Below the pieces are notes generated by a model. It was not told the DNA's origin, did not search any database, and saw nothing but the letters and a program-made list of their open reading frames with translations. Below, piece after piece: positions 10,446 to 19,511 of a DNA stretch of 64,000 bases. Position numbers and translations under genes: made by a program. The DNA comes from Acidobacteriota bacterium. Its GTDB lineage: Bacteria > Acidobacteriota > UBA890 > WLXD01. How positions within the stretch are numbered: the stretch's first letter is position 1; each line of letters starts with the position of its first letter. Where the stretch lies: NCBI GenBank assembly GCA_963666055.2, contig CAXWPH010000015.1, forward strand, positions 448,001 to 512,000. The letters are read 5' to 3'.

Positions 10446-12489
10446 CGTTTGCCTCCGTCAGGGGTTGGTCTTGCAGCGCGCGTAGGACGACGATAGTAGC
10501 GTCGTCGGCAAGGGGCTCATCCCCACTGAACCTGTGGACCGCGCGGAAGACGGCCTCAACAATAGTCTTTGCATCCCGGGTGCGGTTCGCAAGTACCAAC
10601 TCGCCGAGTCGTCCGGCGCCGAACATCTCGCCACGGCTCTCGCCCGCCTCGACAACCCCGTCGGAATAAAACACCAGCACATCTCCCGGACTCAGGTCAC
10701 GTTCGATGAACGGGCCCGGAACGCGCGGCAGCATGCCCAGCGGAAGGCCATTCGACTCCAGTTCCTCCACGGTTCCCGAGGCATGGAGAATGTGCAGCGG
10801 GTAGTGGTGCCCGGCGTTCGAATAGCGGTACGAACGGTGGCCCTGATCCAGCTCGAAGAAGACCATCGTCATGAACTGGTTGTCGGCAGACATGTGCAGC
10901 AGGGTCTCGTTGAGACGCTCCATCAGCACGGTGGGTGATTCGTCGGATTGACCATGCGTGTAGATGGCGCTCTTGGCCATCGCCATCAGCATCCCGGCGC
11001 GCATGCCATGCCCGGCAACGTCGCCGACGACGATGCCCAGGTTGCCGTTTCGCAACATCAGGTAGTCGTAGTAATCACCGCCGACCTCGGTTGCCGGATC
11101 GGAACGCGCGGCGATATCGATGCCGTCCACTTGCGGCGGCTCGGTCGGCAGCAGGTTCATCTGAAACTCGCGGGCAATCTCGAGCTCGCGCTGCCGTCGC
11201 TCGGCCTCCACTGTGTCGCGCAGCAACCGTGCGTGATCCATCGCCAGGGCGACCTGATTGGCGAACCCGGCGAGGCTACGCACCTCTGCCCGGTCGAAGG
11301 CATAGGTCTCGAAGCGGCCGGCGATCAGGACGGCGCGCAGGGCGCCCTCGTGCGTAATCACCGGAACGATTACCGAGGCACCCGATTCCGGCTCCCAGAT
11401 CCGCTCCAGCACGCCCGGCGGCGCCTTGCGATGATCAACGATCACCACCGGCCGGCGGTCGGCGAAGCGCTCTACGAGCGGCAGCCATGGGGTGCGGCTG
11501 TTGAATCGATACAAGTGCTTTCCGGAGCCGTCGGCCCGCAACAGGACACACGAGCAGCCAGCGCTGTCGGTATCGGGCTCCACCAAGACCGCCACGTCCG
11601 GCTCCGACACGGCAAGCATCGAATCAAGCACCGCGGAATGCATTTCTTGCGGATTGAACGCCGAGCCGGCGGTCAGGTTGAAGTCATAGATGGCATCGAG
11701 CTCGCGTACCTTGCGCTCGTATGCACGTGCGCCGGGCAGCGCCAGCGTTGCCCTTGCCAGAACCACTACCAGGTAAACGATGCAGAGCAGCGCCGCCAGT
11801 CGCACGAACTCGACCAGCAGGTGCTGATGCTCCAGGGGAACCAGGCGAGCCACCGCCATCGCGCCAGCCAGCGGCATCAACGCTACGATCCAGCCGACGA
11901 ACACCGCCAATCGCTGCCGGGTATCGAGAACCAGGACCCACTCGGTGGGCGCGATGTAGGCGAGCAAGGCCGCCAACAATACGAGCGCCGCTTGCGCCAG
12001 CGACGGGTCGGTGAAGGACATTGGCTCGGCGCTCGGATGAGCCCGCGCCACCGTCGCCACCAACGTGAACGCGACTCCGGCCAGGAGCATGGTGGCCAGA
12101 TAGCGGGCCGCGCGCAGCCGGGTCAGCTGCGCCAAATCGATGGCCACCGATAACGCCACCACCAAAGCGATCGCCGCAACGCCGAGACACACGGCGTCCA
12201 GGAACCGCGCCAGCCCCAGCGGCAGTTCGAGGACCGCCACCAGCAGCAGGTAGAGCAGCGTTAGCACAAGGCCGCACAACGCCACGCCCGCGACGCGCAT
12301 CTTGGCGAGCGGCTCGGGCTGGGCGCGCGCGTCCAAGGTCCAGTACCAGCCGGCCGCAACCGCCAGCAGCAAGGCGCCTACTAGCGCCGTCAGAGCATGC
12401 GAACGCTCGGCTCCCGGCAGACCCGTGACGCCGACGGCGACAAGCACCACCACTAGCGGAATCGTCCAGCGGGAAACCAAAATCCTCAC
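10423..12489 (-). CDS. Membrane-anchored GAF + PP2C (SpoIIE/RsbU-like) phosphatase
   Basis: About 8 N-terminal TM helices, GAF-like middle, EVGGDYYD, GDVAGHG, YSDG, DDAT. Confidence 0.88.
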   Translation of the reverse strand: MRILVSRWTIPLVVVLVAVGVTGLPGAERSHALTALVGALLLAVAAGWYWTLDARAQPEPLAKMRVAGVALCGLVLTLLYLLLVAVLELPLGLARFLDAVCLGVAAIALVVALSVAIDLAQLTRLRAARYLATMLLAGVAFTLVATVARAHPSAEPMSFTDPSLAQAALVLLAALLAYIAPTEWVLVLDTRQRLAVFVGWIVALMPLAGAMAVARLVPLEHQHLLVEFVRLAALLCIVYLVVVLARATLALPGARAYERKVRELDAIYDFNLTAGSAFNPQEMHSAVLDSMLAVSEPDVAVLVEPDTDSAGCSCVLLRADGSGKHLYRFNSRTPWLPLVERFADRRPVVIVDHRKAPPGVLERIWEPESGASVIVPVITHEGALRAVLIAGRFETYAFDRAEVRSLAGFANQVALAMDHARLLRDTVEAERRQRELEIAREFQMNLLPTEPPQVDGIDIAARSDPATEVGGDYYDYLMLRNGNLGIVVGDVAGHGMRAGMLMAMAKSAIYTHGQSDESPTVLMERLNETLLHMSADNQFMTMVFFELDQGHRSYRYSNAGHHYPLHILHASGTVEELESNGLPLGMLPRVPGPFIERDLSPGDVLVFYSDGVVEAGESRGEMFGAGRLGELVLANRTRDAKTIVEAVFRAVHRFSGDEPLADDATIVVLRALQDQPLTEANDAQTVHG

Positions 12490-12818
12490 GGATGCAAGTG
12501 TAGCAACGCACGCGGGGGCGGGCTCTGGAGCTTCGAGCCGTTTCGGGCAGCTGTTCCCTAGCCCCCACCAACAAGTCTAGCCCGAAGAAGAACCCGAGAG
12601 CGTAGTGGTGTGCAGCCGACGCCGGCCGCTCGGCTACACCGAGCTTGATCGTCTTGATGGCCTATCCGGTGCGGTGGCTGACGGCCACCTCGGGCAGGTC
12701 ACCCTGGCGCGGCCTCGTTTTGCCAAATGAAATGGCTGGGGGACGGATACTCTGAGGCCCAGGGGCCCCGGCCGGCCCGGTACCCCCCCCTCCGCCGCGG
12801 GGTCATGGCGACACGGAA

Positions 12819-12846
12819 GGAATTGATAACGGATCTTATGGAAAGC
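12819..12846 (+). other. dif-like XerC/XerD recombination site
   Basis: GGAATTGATAA-CGGATC-TTATGGAAAGC: 11-6-11 layout with ATAA/TTAT inner dyad as in dif. Confidence 0.5.
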
Positions 12847-12857
12847 GGGTCGGAACT

Positions 12858-13052
12858 CTAGAGCTCAGTTGCTGCCGGCACCCGATCTTTCGCCATCCAC
12901 GTGTCCAAATCCTGGACGTCGAAGCGTAGTCGGCGGTGCTTCTTGATGAATGGAATCCGACGCTCGCCGACCATGGTGTAGAGGGTGTGATGCGAGTAGC
13001 CAATGTATTCCGCTGCCTGCCGGACGGTTAGATACCGGCACTTGGGGCTCAT
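12858..13052 (-). CDS. Excisionase-like helix-turn-helix protein (HTH_17)
   Basis: YLTVRQAAEYIGYSHHTLYTMVGERRIPFIK..RLRFDVQDLDTWM; GAGGAGG RBS before ATG 13052; frame is open upstream to 13457. Confidence 0.8.
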   Translation of the reverse strand: MSPKCRYLTVRQAAEYIGYSHHTLYTMVGERRIPFIKKHRRLRFDVQDLDTWMAKDRVPAATEL

Positions 13053-13426
13053 GTTCGATTCCTCCTCGCCTGGGGGGATTTCCAGATCATCTCCCGAGGG
13101 TTCGCTTGAAACGGACCTCAATAAGTCAGTTTTCCCTGGAGCCGTTGCGAGAACCCGCCGCCCCTCTTCCACAAGCGAGGTGAAACGCCTCTCGAGCCCT
13201 TGAGCACGTTTGGGGCTGCACGTAAGCACGCCGCTCTGGAGTTGCTGGGCTAGGCCACGGTAGTACCACACCCAAGGTCGCAGCTCGCGCTCCGCACCTG
13301 AGACGAGATCCTGGACGTCCTGGAAGATCTGATCGGCCTCTGTATTCAGGGCCTGTGCTTCGAGGTTTCTTCGTATCGCGATTATGAGCCGCGAAACCAA
13401 TCGGAGCCGGAATCGGGGGTCGACAG

Positions 13427-13807
13427 GTGGCCATCTACATCGAGGTGGCGGAGGCACCGGACTGCGCGATCGCCGACGCGTCGCTCGCCTACGGGATCCT
13501 CGTCGACGCCGACCGTGACCCCGCGACTGGATTCAAGAAGCGGGCGGTGAAGAACCTCGGCATCGACGCTCGGCTGTCGGCGACGTGCGATCCGGTTACC
13601 GAGATGCTGGTGAGCCCGCTCGGGCCGGTGCAGGTCGATCCGACGCTCCGTGACACCACCCTGATCGAGATCTCGACCACCGTCGACATGTTGCCTTCGG
13701 TGAACTTCTATTGGATCGCCTACGCGACCGAGAACGGCGAGATGGTGCGCGCGCCCGACAACAAAGACCACCGCTGGTGGGCCGTCACCGAGATCATCAC
13801 ACCGTGA
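13427..13807 (+). CDS. Hypothetical protein, probably 5'-truncated
   Basis: Coding-like codon usage, no clear RBS or signal; DADRDPATG motif. Confidence 0.5.
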   Translation: MAIYIEVAEAPDCAIADASLAYGILVDADRDPATGFKKRAVKNLGIDARLSATCDPVTEMLVSPLGPVQVDPTLRDTTLIEISTTVDMLPSVNFYWIAYATENGEMVRAPDNKDHRWWAVTEIITP

Positions 13808-13818
13808 GGGCGCTACCG

Positions 13819-14190
13819 ATGAGATCGAGAGCGGCCACGAAGTTCCTATTCGCTCTGCTGCTTCCTGCGCTCGCCCTCGCGCCCGCAACGCCCGTGGGCC
13901 CGAGCGACGCGGTTCAGGTGATGTTCAACGTCAGCGAAGATGGGGTCGACCCCGCGGGTGATTGCGTGGTCACCATCATCGCCGTGGAGTTGCAGGGTAC
14001 GACCGTAGTCGAACGGACCCCGACGAGGACACCTCAGCGGCCTCCAGAAGCAACGCTAGCTGCTGCTCTGGGCAAGGTGGGCGATCTGGGTGGACGGGGT
14101 GAGTTCATGCGCGGGAGCTTACTCCCCGTCGAGGACGCGACACCGAAAGCGCCTCACGCCAACCCCACAAAGCCGCTGATACCGTTTTGA
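13819..14190 (+). CDS. Hypothetical secreted protein, probably 3'-degraded
   Basis: Signal peptide MRSRAATKFLFALLLPALALA; low-complexity tail. Confidence 0.4.
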   Translation: MRSRAATKFLFALLLPALALAPATPVGPSDAVQVMFNVSEDGVDPAGDCVVTIIAVELQGTTVVERTPTRTPQRPPEATLAAALGKVGDLGGRGEFMRGSLLPVEDATPKAPHANPTKPLIPF

Positions 14191-14381
14191 TACCGATTTA
14201 CCCTCTACAGGGGGTGTTTTCCTGGGGTAGACCCCCCGAAAACAGTCCGGTTTTGTTCGTACGTGTGTAGCAACGGTTTGTTAGGATTATTGGCGCGCGC
14301 GAATACCGCTGCCCCTCGCCGCCCATTCTGGCGGTGCGCCCCTCGCGAACAGACTAACTTGGAAGGTGTTCGAAATACGCG

Positions 14382-15227
14382 ATGATCGAGGTTGAACAGC
14401 TAACGAAATTCTACGGTCGTCACGCTGCGATCCGGAACGTGAGCTTCACGGCCGCCCGCGGCGAGATCCTCGGCTTCCTGGGCCCGAACGGATCCGGCAA
14501 GACCACCACGATGCGAATTCTAACCGGGTACATGCCCGCCACCAGCGGCACGGCGAGGGTGGCCGGGTTCGACGTGTTCGAGGAGTCTAAGGAGGTACGG
14601 AAACGCGTCGGCTACCTTCCGGAGAACCCGCCGCTGTATCCCGAGTTCACGCCTCGCGCCTACCTCGACTTCGTGGCGGCAATCAATGGGGTCGCCAGAG
14701 CAGACCGGCGGGCCGCGGTCGATCGCGCTCTTGAGGCTACGGCGATCTCCGACGTTGCCTCACTGCCGATCAGCACGCTGTCGCGCGGCTACAAGCAGCG
14801 CGTTGCCATCGCCCAGGCCATCGTCCACGAGCCTGAGGTGATCGTGCTCGACGAGCCCACCATCGGACTCGATCCCAAGCAGGTGATCAGCGTCCGTAAG
14901 CTCATCAAGTCGCTGGCCAGCGATCGCACCGTCATCCTGTCGACACACATTCTCCCCGAGGTGACGCAGCTGTGCGACAGGGTGGTGATCATCTCGCGCG
15001 GCCAGATCGTTGCCGACGATACGACCGATTCGTTGACCGCGACCGAGGACCTCGAGCAGGTGTTTCTACGAGTCACTACCAGCGACGTGACCGAGGACGA
15101 GGCGGCGGCCGACGAGCACGTAGAGGCTGCGGCCGACGAAGCCGACCGCGACGTGGCCGAGGACAACGAGTCAACCGACGACGACGACGAAGCGTCGCCG
15201 ACCAACGATAACGGAGGTGGGAAATGA
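14382..15227 (+). CDS. ABC transporter ATP-binding protein (GldA-like)
   Basis: GPNGSGKT, LSRGYKQR, VLDEPTIGLDP; acidic tail. Confidence 0.92.
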   Translation: MIEVEQLTKFYGRHAAIRNVSFTAARGEILGFLGPNGSGKTTTMRILTGYMPATSGTARVAGFDVFEESKEVRKRVGYLPENPPLYPEFTPRAYLDFVAAINGVARADRRAAVDRALEATAISDVASLPISTLSRGYKQRVAIAQAIVHEPEVIVLDEPTIGLDPKQVISVRKLIKSLASDRTVILSTHILPEVTQLCDRVVIISRGQIVADDTTDSLTATEDLEQVFLRVTTSDVTEDEAAADEHVEAAADEADRDVAEDNESTDDDDEASPTNDNGGGK

Positions 15228-15997
15228 GCAACATCTGGGCGCTCGCCTACAAGGAGTTGCGCGCCTACTTCCTATCGCCCATCGGCTACGTCGTACTCGC
15301 CGGCTTCCTGCTGATCACCGGCTTCATGTTCTGGAACATGCTGGCGCAGTTCTCCCGCTTCGTGGCGATCTACTCGTCGATGCAGCGGCCCGACATGATG
15401 CAACAAATGAACCTCAACGACATGGTGATCACGCCCTTGCTCGGCAACGTCACCGTGGTGTTCATCTTGATCATGCCGCTGGTGACCATGCGGCTCTTCG
15501 CCGAGGAGCGCGCCCGCGGCACCGACGAGTTGTTGCTGACCTCGCCGATCAGCACCCTCGAGATCACCTTCGGCAAGTTCCTCGGCGCGGCGTGCTTCCT
15601 GTTCGTGCTGTTGGGACTTTTCTTCATATACCCGTTGGTGCTGATTTACTTCGGCGACCCCGAGCTACCACGGATCTTCACTGGCTACCTCGGCCTGCTG
15701 CTGATCGGTTTGTCGGCGATCGCCCTCGGGCTGTTCACGTCGACGCTGACGGACAGTCAGATAGTGGCCGGAGTTCTCGCCGGCGGCCTGCTGCTGATGC
15801 TACTGCTGATCTCGTGGCCCGCCGACGCCGTTGGCGAACCGTTCGGCGCCGTCCTGCGCTACCTATCGATTACCGAACATTCCAGTGACCTGAACCGCGG
15901 CCTGGTCAAGGCGGAGGACATCATCTACTACCTCAGCCTCATAGCGATTGGCCTTTTTCTTTCGCAGCGCTCGCTCGAGTCGCTGCGCTGGAGATAA
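15224..15997 (+). CDS. ABC transporter permease (GldF-like)
   Basis: KELRAYFLSP, TMRLFAEERARGTDELLLTSP; 6 TM. Confidence 0.88.
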   Translation: MSNIWALAYKELRAYFLSPIGYVVLAGFLLITGFMFWNMLAQFSRFVAIYSSMQRPDMMQQMNLNDMVITPLLGNVTVVFILIMPLVTMRLFAEERARGTDELLLTSPISTLEITFGKFLGAACFLFVLLGLFFIYPLVLIYFGDPELPRIFTGYLGLLLIGLSAIALGLFTSTLTDSQIVAGVLAGGLLLMLLLISWPADAVGEPFGAVLRYLSITEHSSDLNRGLVKAEDIIYYLSLIAIGLFLSQRSLESLRWR

Positions 15998-16002
15998 AGC
16001 GG

Positions 16003-17616
16003 ATGGGGGACTATCGGACATTCGGCCCACTCGGCGTCATTGTTCTTGTCTTCGGGGTGCTTGCTGGTCTGCTTTCCGGCGACTGGTCGTCGGCATACGT
16101 GCTTGCCCACCTGATTCTCGGCGGCATGATGCTGGCCCTGTACCTGTTTACCCACATCGACTCGCTCAGGGAGTCGGTCAGCGGCCGGCAGGCCAAGCAC
16201 GGCACCAACGCCATCGTGTACACGCTGCTGACGCTGGCGGTCATCGTGGCGGTGAATTACTTCGCCGCCCAGCGGTCGTGGCGTTGGGATGTCACCGAAC
16301 AGGGGATCTTCTCGCTGGCGCCACAGACGACCCAGCTGTTTGACGGGCTCGAGGTCGACGTCATGGCGCGTGGCTTCTACCGCGAAGGTGAGGAGGGAGC
16401 GACGCGCGACCTGCTCGACGGTATCGCCGCGGCGTCATCGCGATTCAGCTATGAGTTCATCGATCCGGACAAGAGTCCCGAGATCGCCCAGACGTACGAG
16501 ATCAGCGAGTATGGAACCTTGCACATCACCGCCGGCGACGAGACCGCCAAGATCACCGAGATCGACGAAGCCGGAATCGTCAATACCCTGATCCGCCTTA
16601 CGTCGGCGAGACGCAAGGTGGTCTACTACGTATCCGGGCACGATGAGCTCGACCCGGACGATTCGACCGCCCCGAGGGGGTTCGGTCTCGCCAAGGCGGC
16701 GCTCGACAACGAAGGCTATGACTTCGAGCCGCTGGTGCTGGCCAGCGTCCCGGACGTGCCCGCCGATGCCGATGTCCTCATTTTGGCCGGCGCCCAGCGG
16801 CCCCTCCTGGAGCGCGAGGTCGACACGCTTGGGCGCTACCTGCGGCGCGGTGGCAAGGCGATCGTGCTGATCGATCCTCAACAAGGCGATGAGCTCCGCC
16901 CGCTACTGGCTGAGCGCGGCGTCACCCTCGGGGACGACGTGATCATCGAGGAGTACGTGCAGCTGTTCGCTGGGGCGACCCTGGGCGTCGAGCCGGTGGT
17001 CGGCAACTATGGCACGCACGAGATCACCAGCGGCTTCCGTGAGCGCACCATCTACCAGCTCGCACGGAGCGTGGCAGCGACGGAGGATACCCCCGAGGGC
17101 ATCGTTGTCGCTGAGCTCGCCCTGACGAGCTCCAGCTCGTGGGCAGAAAACGACCTCGAACGCCTGTTCGGCAGCGGCGAGGTCGAACGCGGTGACGAGC
17201 CGGGCGGCCCGCTCGCCTTGGGGGTAGCAGCAACCGCTACAGAGGCCGCGCTCGACTGGACACCGCCGCTCATCGCCTCGGCTCGAGGCGGCGAGGTAGT
17301 TCCAACGACCAGCAATGGTGACTCCACCGAGGAGGCTCCTTCGGATCTCGAGGGGCGGCTGGTGGTGTTCGGCGACTCCGAGTGGATCAGCAATCGCTAT
17401 ATCAACAATTTCTTCAACCAGGACCTCTTTCTGAATGCGATCAGCTGGTTGGGGGGCGAGGAGCAGTTGATCTCGATCAGGCCGCGGCAAACACGCGCTT
17501 CGCGCGTCATGCTGACCGCCAACGAGAGCCAGGCCGTCTTCTACATCGCCGTGCTGTTGATGCCGGAGCTGATCCTGTTCTGCGGTATGTTGGTCTGGCT
17601 CAAACGGCGCAGGTAG
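16003..17616 (+). CDS. GldG family ABC auxiliary protein
   Basis: RWDVTEQGIFSL, VYYVSGHDE, LVVFGDSE, NQDLFLNAISWL; operon position. Confidence 0.85.
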   Translation: MGDYRTFGPLGVIVLVFGVLAGLLSGDWSSAYVLAHLILGGMMLALYLFTHIDSLRESVSGRQAKHGTNAIVYTLLTLAVIVAVNYFAAQRSWRWDVTEQGIFSLAPQTTQLFDGLEVDVMARGFYREGEEGATRDLLDGIAAASSRFSYEFIDPDKSPEIAQTYEISEYGTLHITAGDETAKITEIDEAGIVNTLIRLTSARRKVVYYVSGHDELDPDDSTAPRGFGLAKAALDNEGYDFEPLVLASVPDVPADADVLILAGAQRPLLEREVDTLGRYLRRGGKAIVLIDPQQGDELRPLLAERGVTLGDDVIIEEYVQLFAGATLGVEPVVGNYGTHEITSGFRERTIYQLARSVAATEDTPEGIVVAELALTSSSSWAENDLERLFGSGEVERGDEPGGPLALGVAATATEAALDWTPPLIASARGGEVVPTTSNGDSTEEAPSDLEGRLVVFGDSEWISNRYINNFFNQDLFLNAISWLGGEEQLISIRPRQTRASRVMLTANESQAVFYIAVLLMPELILFCGMLVWLKRRR

Positions 17617-17621
17617 GCATC

Positions 17622-19466
17622 ATGCAGATCCGCAACACGTTGATCATGGCCGTCGTACTGATCCTCGTCGGCGGCTTTGTCTACTTCTACGAGGTCCAGG
17701 GCCGAGCGGAGCGCGAGGAGACCGAGCGTCAGGAGGAGTTGCTGCTGCACTTCGACTCCGATCAGGTAACCGCGATAGAGGTCACCACTGCCGCCGGCAC
17801 GGTGCGCGCCACCAAGACCGATGGGGACTGGGGCATCGTGGCTCCCGTGACGATCGGCGCCGACGGTGCTGCCATCGACTCGCTGGTCGACCGTATGGAG
17901 CGCGGCAAACACGAACGCCTGATCTCCGAGGCGGCCACTGACCTGGCACCCTATGGTCTCGCAGAACCGGTCGCGCGGGTGACCCTGGAGCTGTCAGATG
18001 GTGGGCGCGCCGCCTTGGCGGTCGGCAATGACACGCCAGTCGGCTACAACGTCTACGTCACGGTCGGCGACGATGGCGATGTCCACAGCGCCATGCGCGG
18101 TATCAAAGATGCGCTCGACAAGTCGCTCTTCGACCTGCGAGACAAGTCGGTGTTGGTGTTCGATGAGGACGAAGTACGCCACATCGAGCTGTCGCGCGGA
18201 ACGTTCCGCGTCGAGCTCGATGCCAAATCCGAGAACGACGGCGACGAGGCGCAGTGGATGGCCACGACACCGTTTGAAGGTCGCGCTGACGGCGACATGA
18301 TCGATGATCTGCTGTCGACGCTGTACACCGCCGAGGCAACGTCCTTCCTTATCGACGCCGAGCCCACGCCGGCGCAGCTCGACGAATACGGTCTCGTGGA
18401 GCCGACCGCGACGATCACGTTGCGCACTGAAGACGATGCGTCGCACGGCCTGATCATCGGCAGTGCGGCACCCGACGAAGATGGCTTCTACGCCATGCGC
18501 GCCGGCGGCACGTCGGTGTTCGTCGTGGAGAGCGATCTGCTCGACGACGTGCCCACAACCGTCGACGGATTGCGCAACAAACAGGTCATTGTGCTGGCGC
18601 GAGCGCGCGTCCGAACGCTCACGGTGCAACGGGCGAGTGCCGCTCCGATTCGCCTCGAGCGCGACGGCACCGACTGGAAAATCACCGAGCCTCGGCAGCT
18701 GGAGGCCGACTCGTCGGTTGTGTCTCGACTGCTCAGCGCGCTCGAGGATCTGCGCGCCGAGGGATTCGCCGCCTCCAGCGCCAGCGCCAACGCCAGCGAG
18801 ACCATCGTCACGGTCGGCTTGGTCGCGGACGGCGACGACGACGGCGTGGTCAGTGAGACGATCGAGGTTCGCACCGGCGGCTCGCGGTCGATCGTGCCAC
18901 TGTCGGAAGCCGACGACGAGGATGCCGAGGAACTCGAGGTTGCCTACGTGAGCACCTCACTCGACGACACCGTCTACTTGGTGCCCACCGAGGACACCTC
19001 CGATTTGGACCTCGACCTGTTCGATCTGCGCGTCAAGACGCTCATCGAGTTCACCCAGGCCAATCTGGACGAGATCCGCATCGAAACCGCCGGGCAGAGC
19101 TACACGCTGACCAAGGCCGGCGGCGACTGGTCACTCACCGCCGGCGGATCGATCGAGACCAGCGACGTCTCCGACCTACTGTGGGACCTCAACTACCTGC
19201 GCATGGAGGGGGTCACCACGGAGTGGTCGGGCACCGCCCCTGATCTGGCGTCGTACGGTTTGGCGTCACCGCGCTATCGACTGCAGGCATCCATCGACGG
19301 TGCGTCGGTGGCCAACATCGAGCTTGGTAGCGAGATCCCGAGCGCAGAGCCTGACGCCTCCAGCCGAGCCTACGCAATCGTCGAGGGCCATAGCGCCGTC
19401 TACGAGATCGCTGCTTCGTTGGCCGACGCTCTCGACACGCTGGTGGAGAAGCTGGAGGGCAGCTGA
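17622..19466 (+). CDS. DUF4340 domain-containing protein
   Basis: N-terminal TM, repeated YGL..P and DLRDK units; usual fourth gene of Gld-type ABC operons. Confidence 0.8.
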   Translation: MQIRNTLIMAVVLILVGGFVYFYEVQGRAEREETERQEELLLHFDSDQVTAIEVTTAAGTVRATKTDGDWGIVAPVTIGADGAAIDSLVDRMERGKHERLISEAATDLAPYGLAEPVARVTLELSDGGRAALAVGNDTPVGYNVYVTVGDDGDVHSAMRGIKDALDKSLFDLRDKSVLVFDEDEVRHIELSRGTFRVELDAKSENDGDEAQWMATTPFEGRADGDMIDDLLSTLYTAEATSFLIDAEPTPAQLDEYGLVEPTATITLRTEDDASHGLIIGSAAPDEDGFYAMRAGGTSVFVVESDLLDDVPTTVDGLRNKQVIVLARARVRTLTVQRASAAPIRLERDGTDWKITEPRQLEADSSVVSRLLSALEDLRAEGFAASSASANASETIVTVGLVADGDDDGVVSETIEVRTGGSRSIVPLSEADDEDAEELEVAYVSTSLDDTVYLVPTEDTSDLDLDLFDLRVKTLIEFTQANLDEIRIETAGQSYTLTKAGGDWSLTAGGSIETSDVSDLLWDLNYLRMEGVTTEWSGTAPDLASYGLASPRYRLQASIDGASVANIELGSEIPSAEPDASSRAYAIVEGHSAVYEIAASLADALDTLVEKLEGS

Positions 19467-19511
19467 TAGGGTCGCGAATCTGCCAGCGTTCAGACTCCTG
19501 ACCAAGCCTGC

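Larger units (their letters stand above)
12498..14275. mobile_element. Degraded integrative element remnant bounded by 11-bp direct repeats
   Basis: GTGTAGCAACG at 12498-12508 and 14265-14275; contains excisionase-like HTH, dif-like site, tandem TGATACCG repeat. Confidence 0.6.

Noticed and set aside
12733-12743. TGGCTGGGGGA resembling a tRNA-Gln 3' end on the minus strand
   Set aside because: Only about 11 nt and no T arm follows
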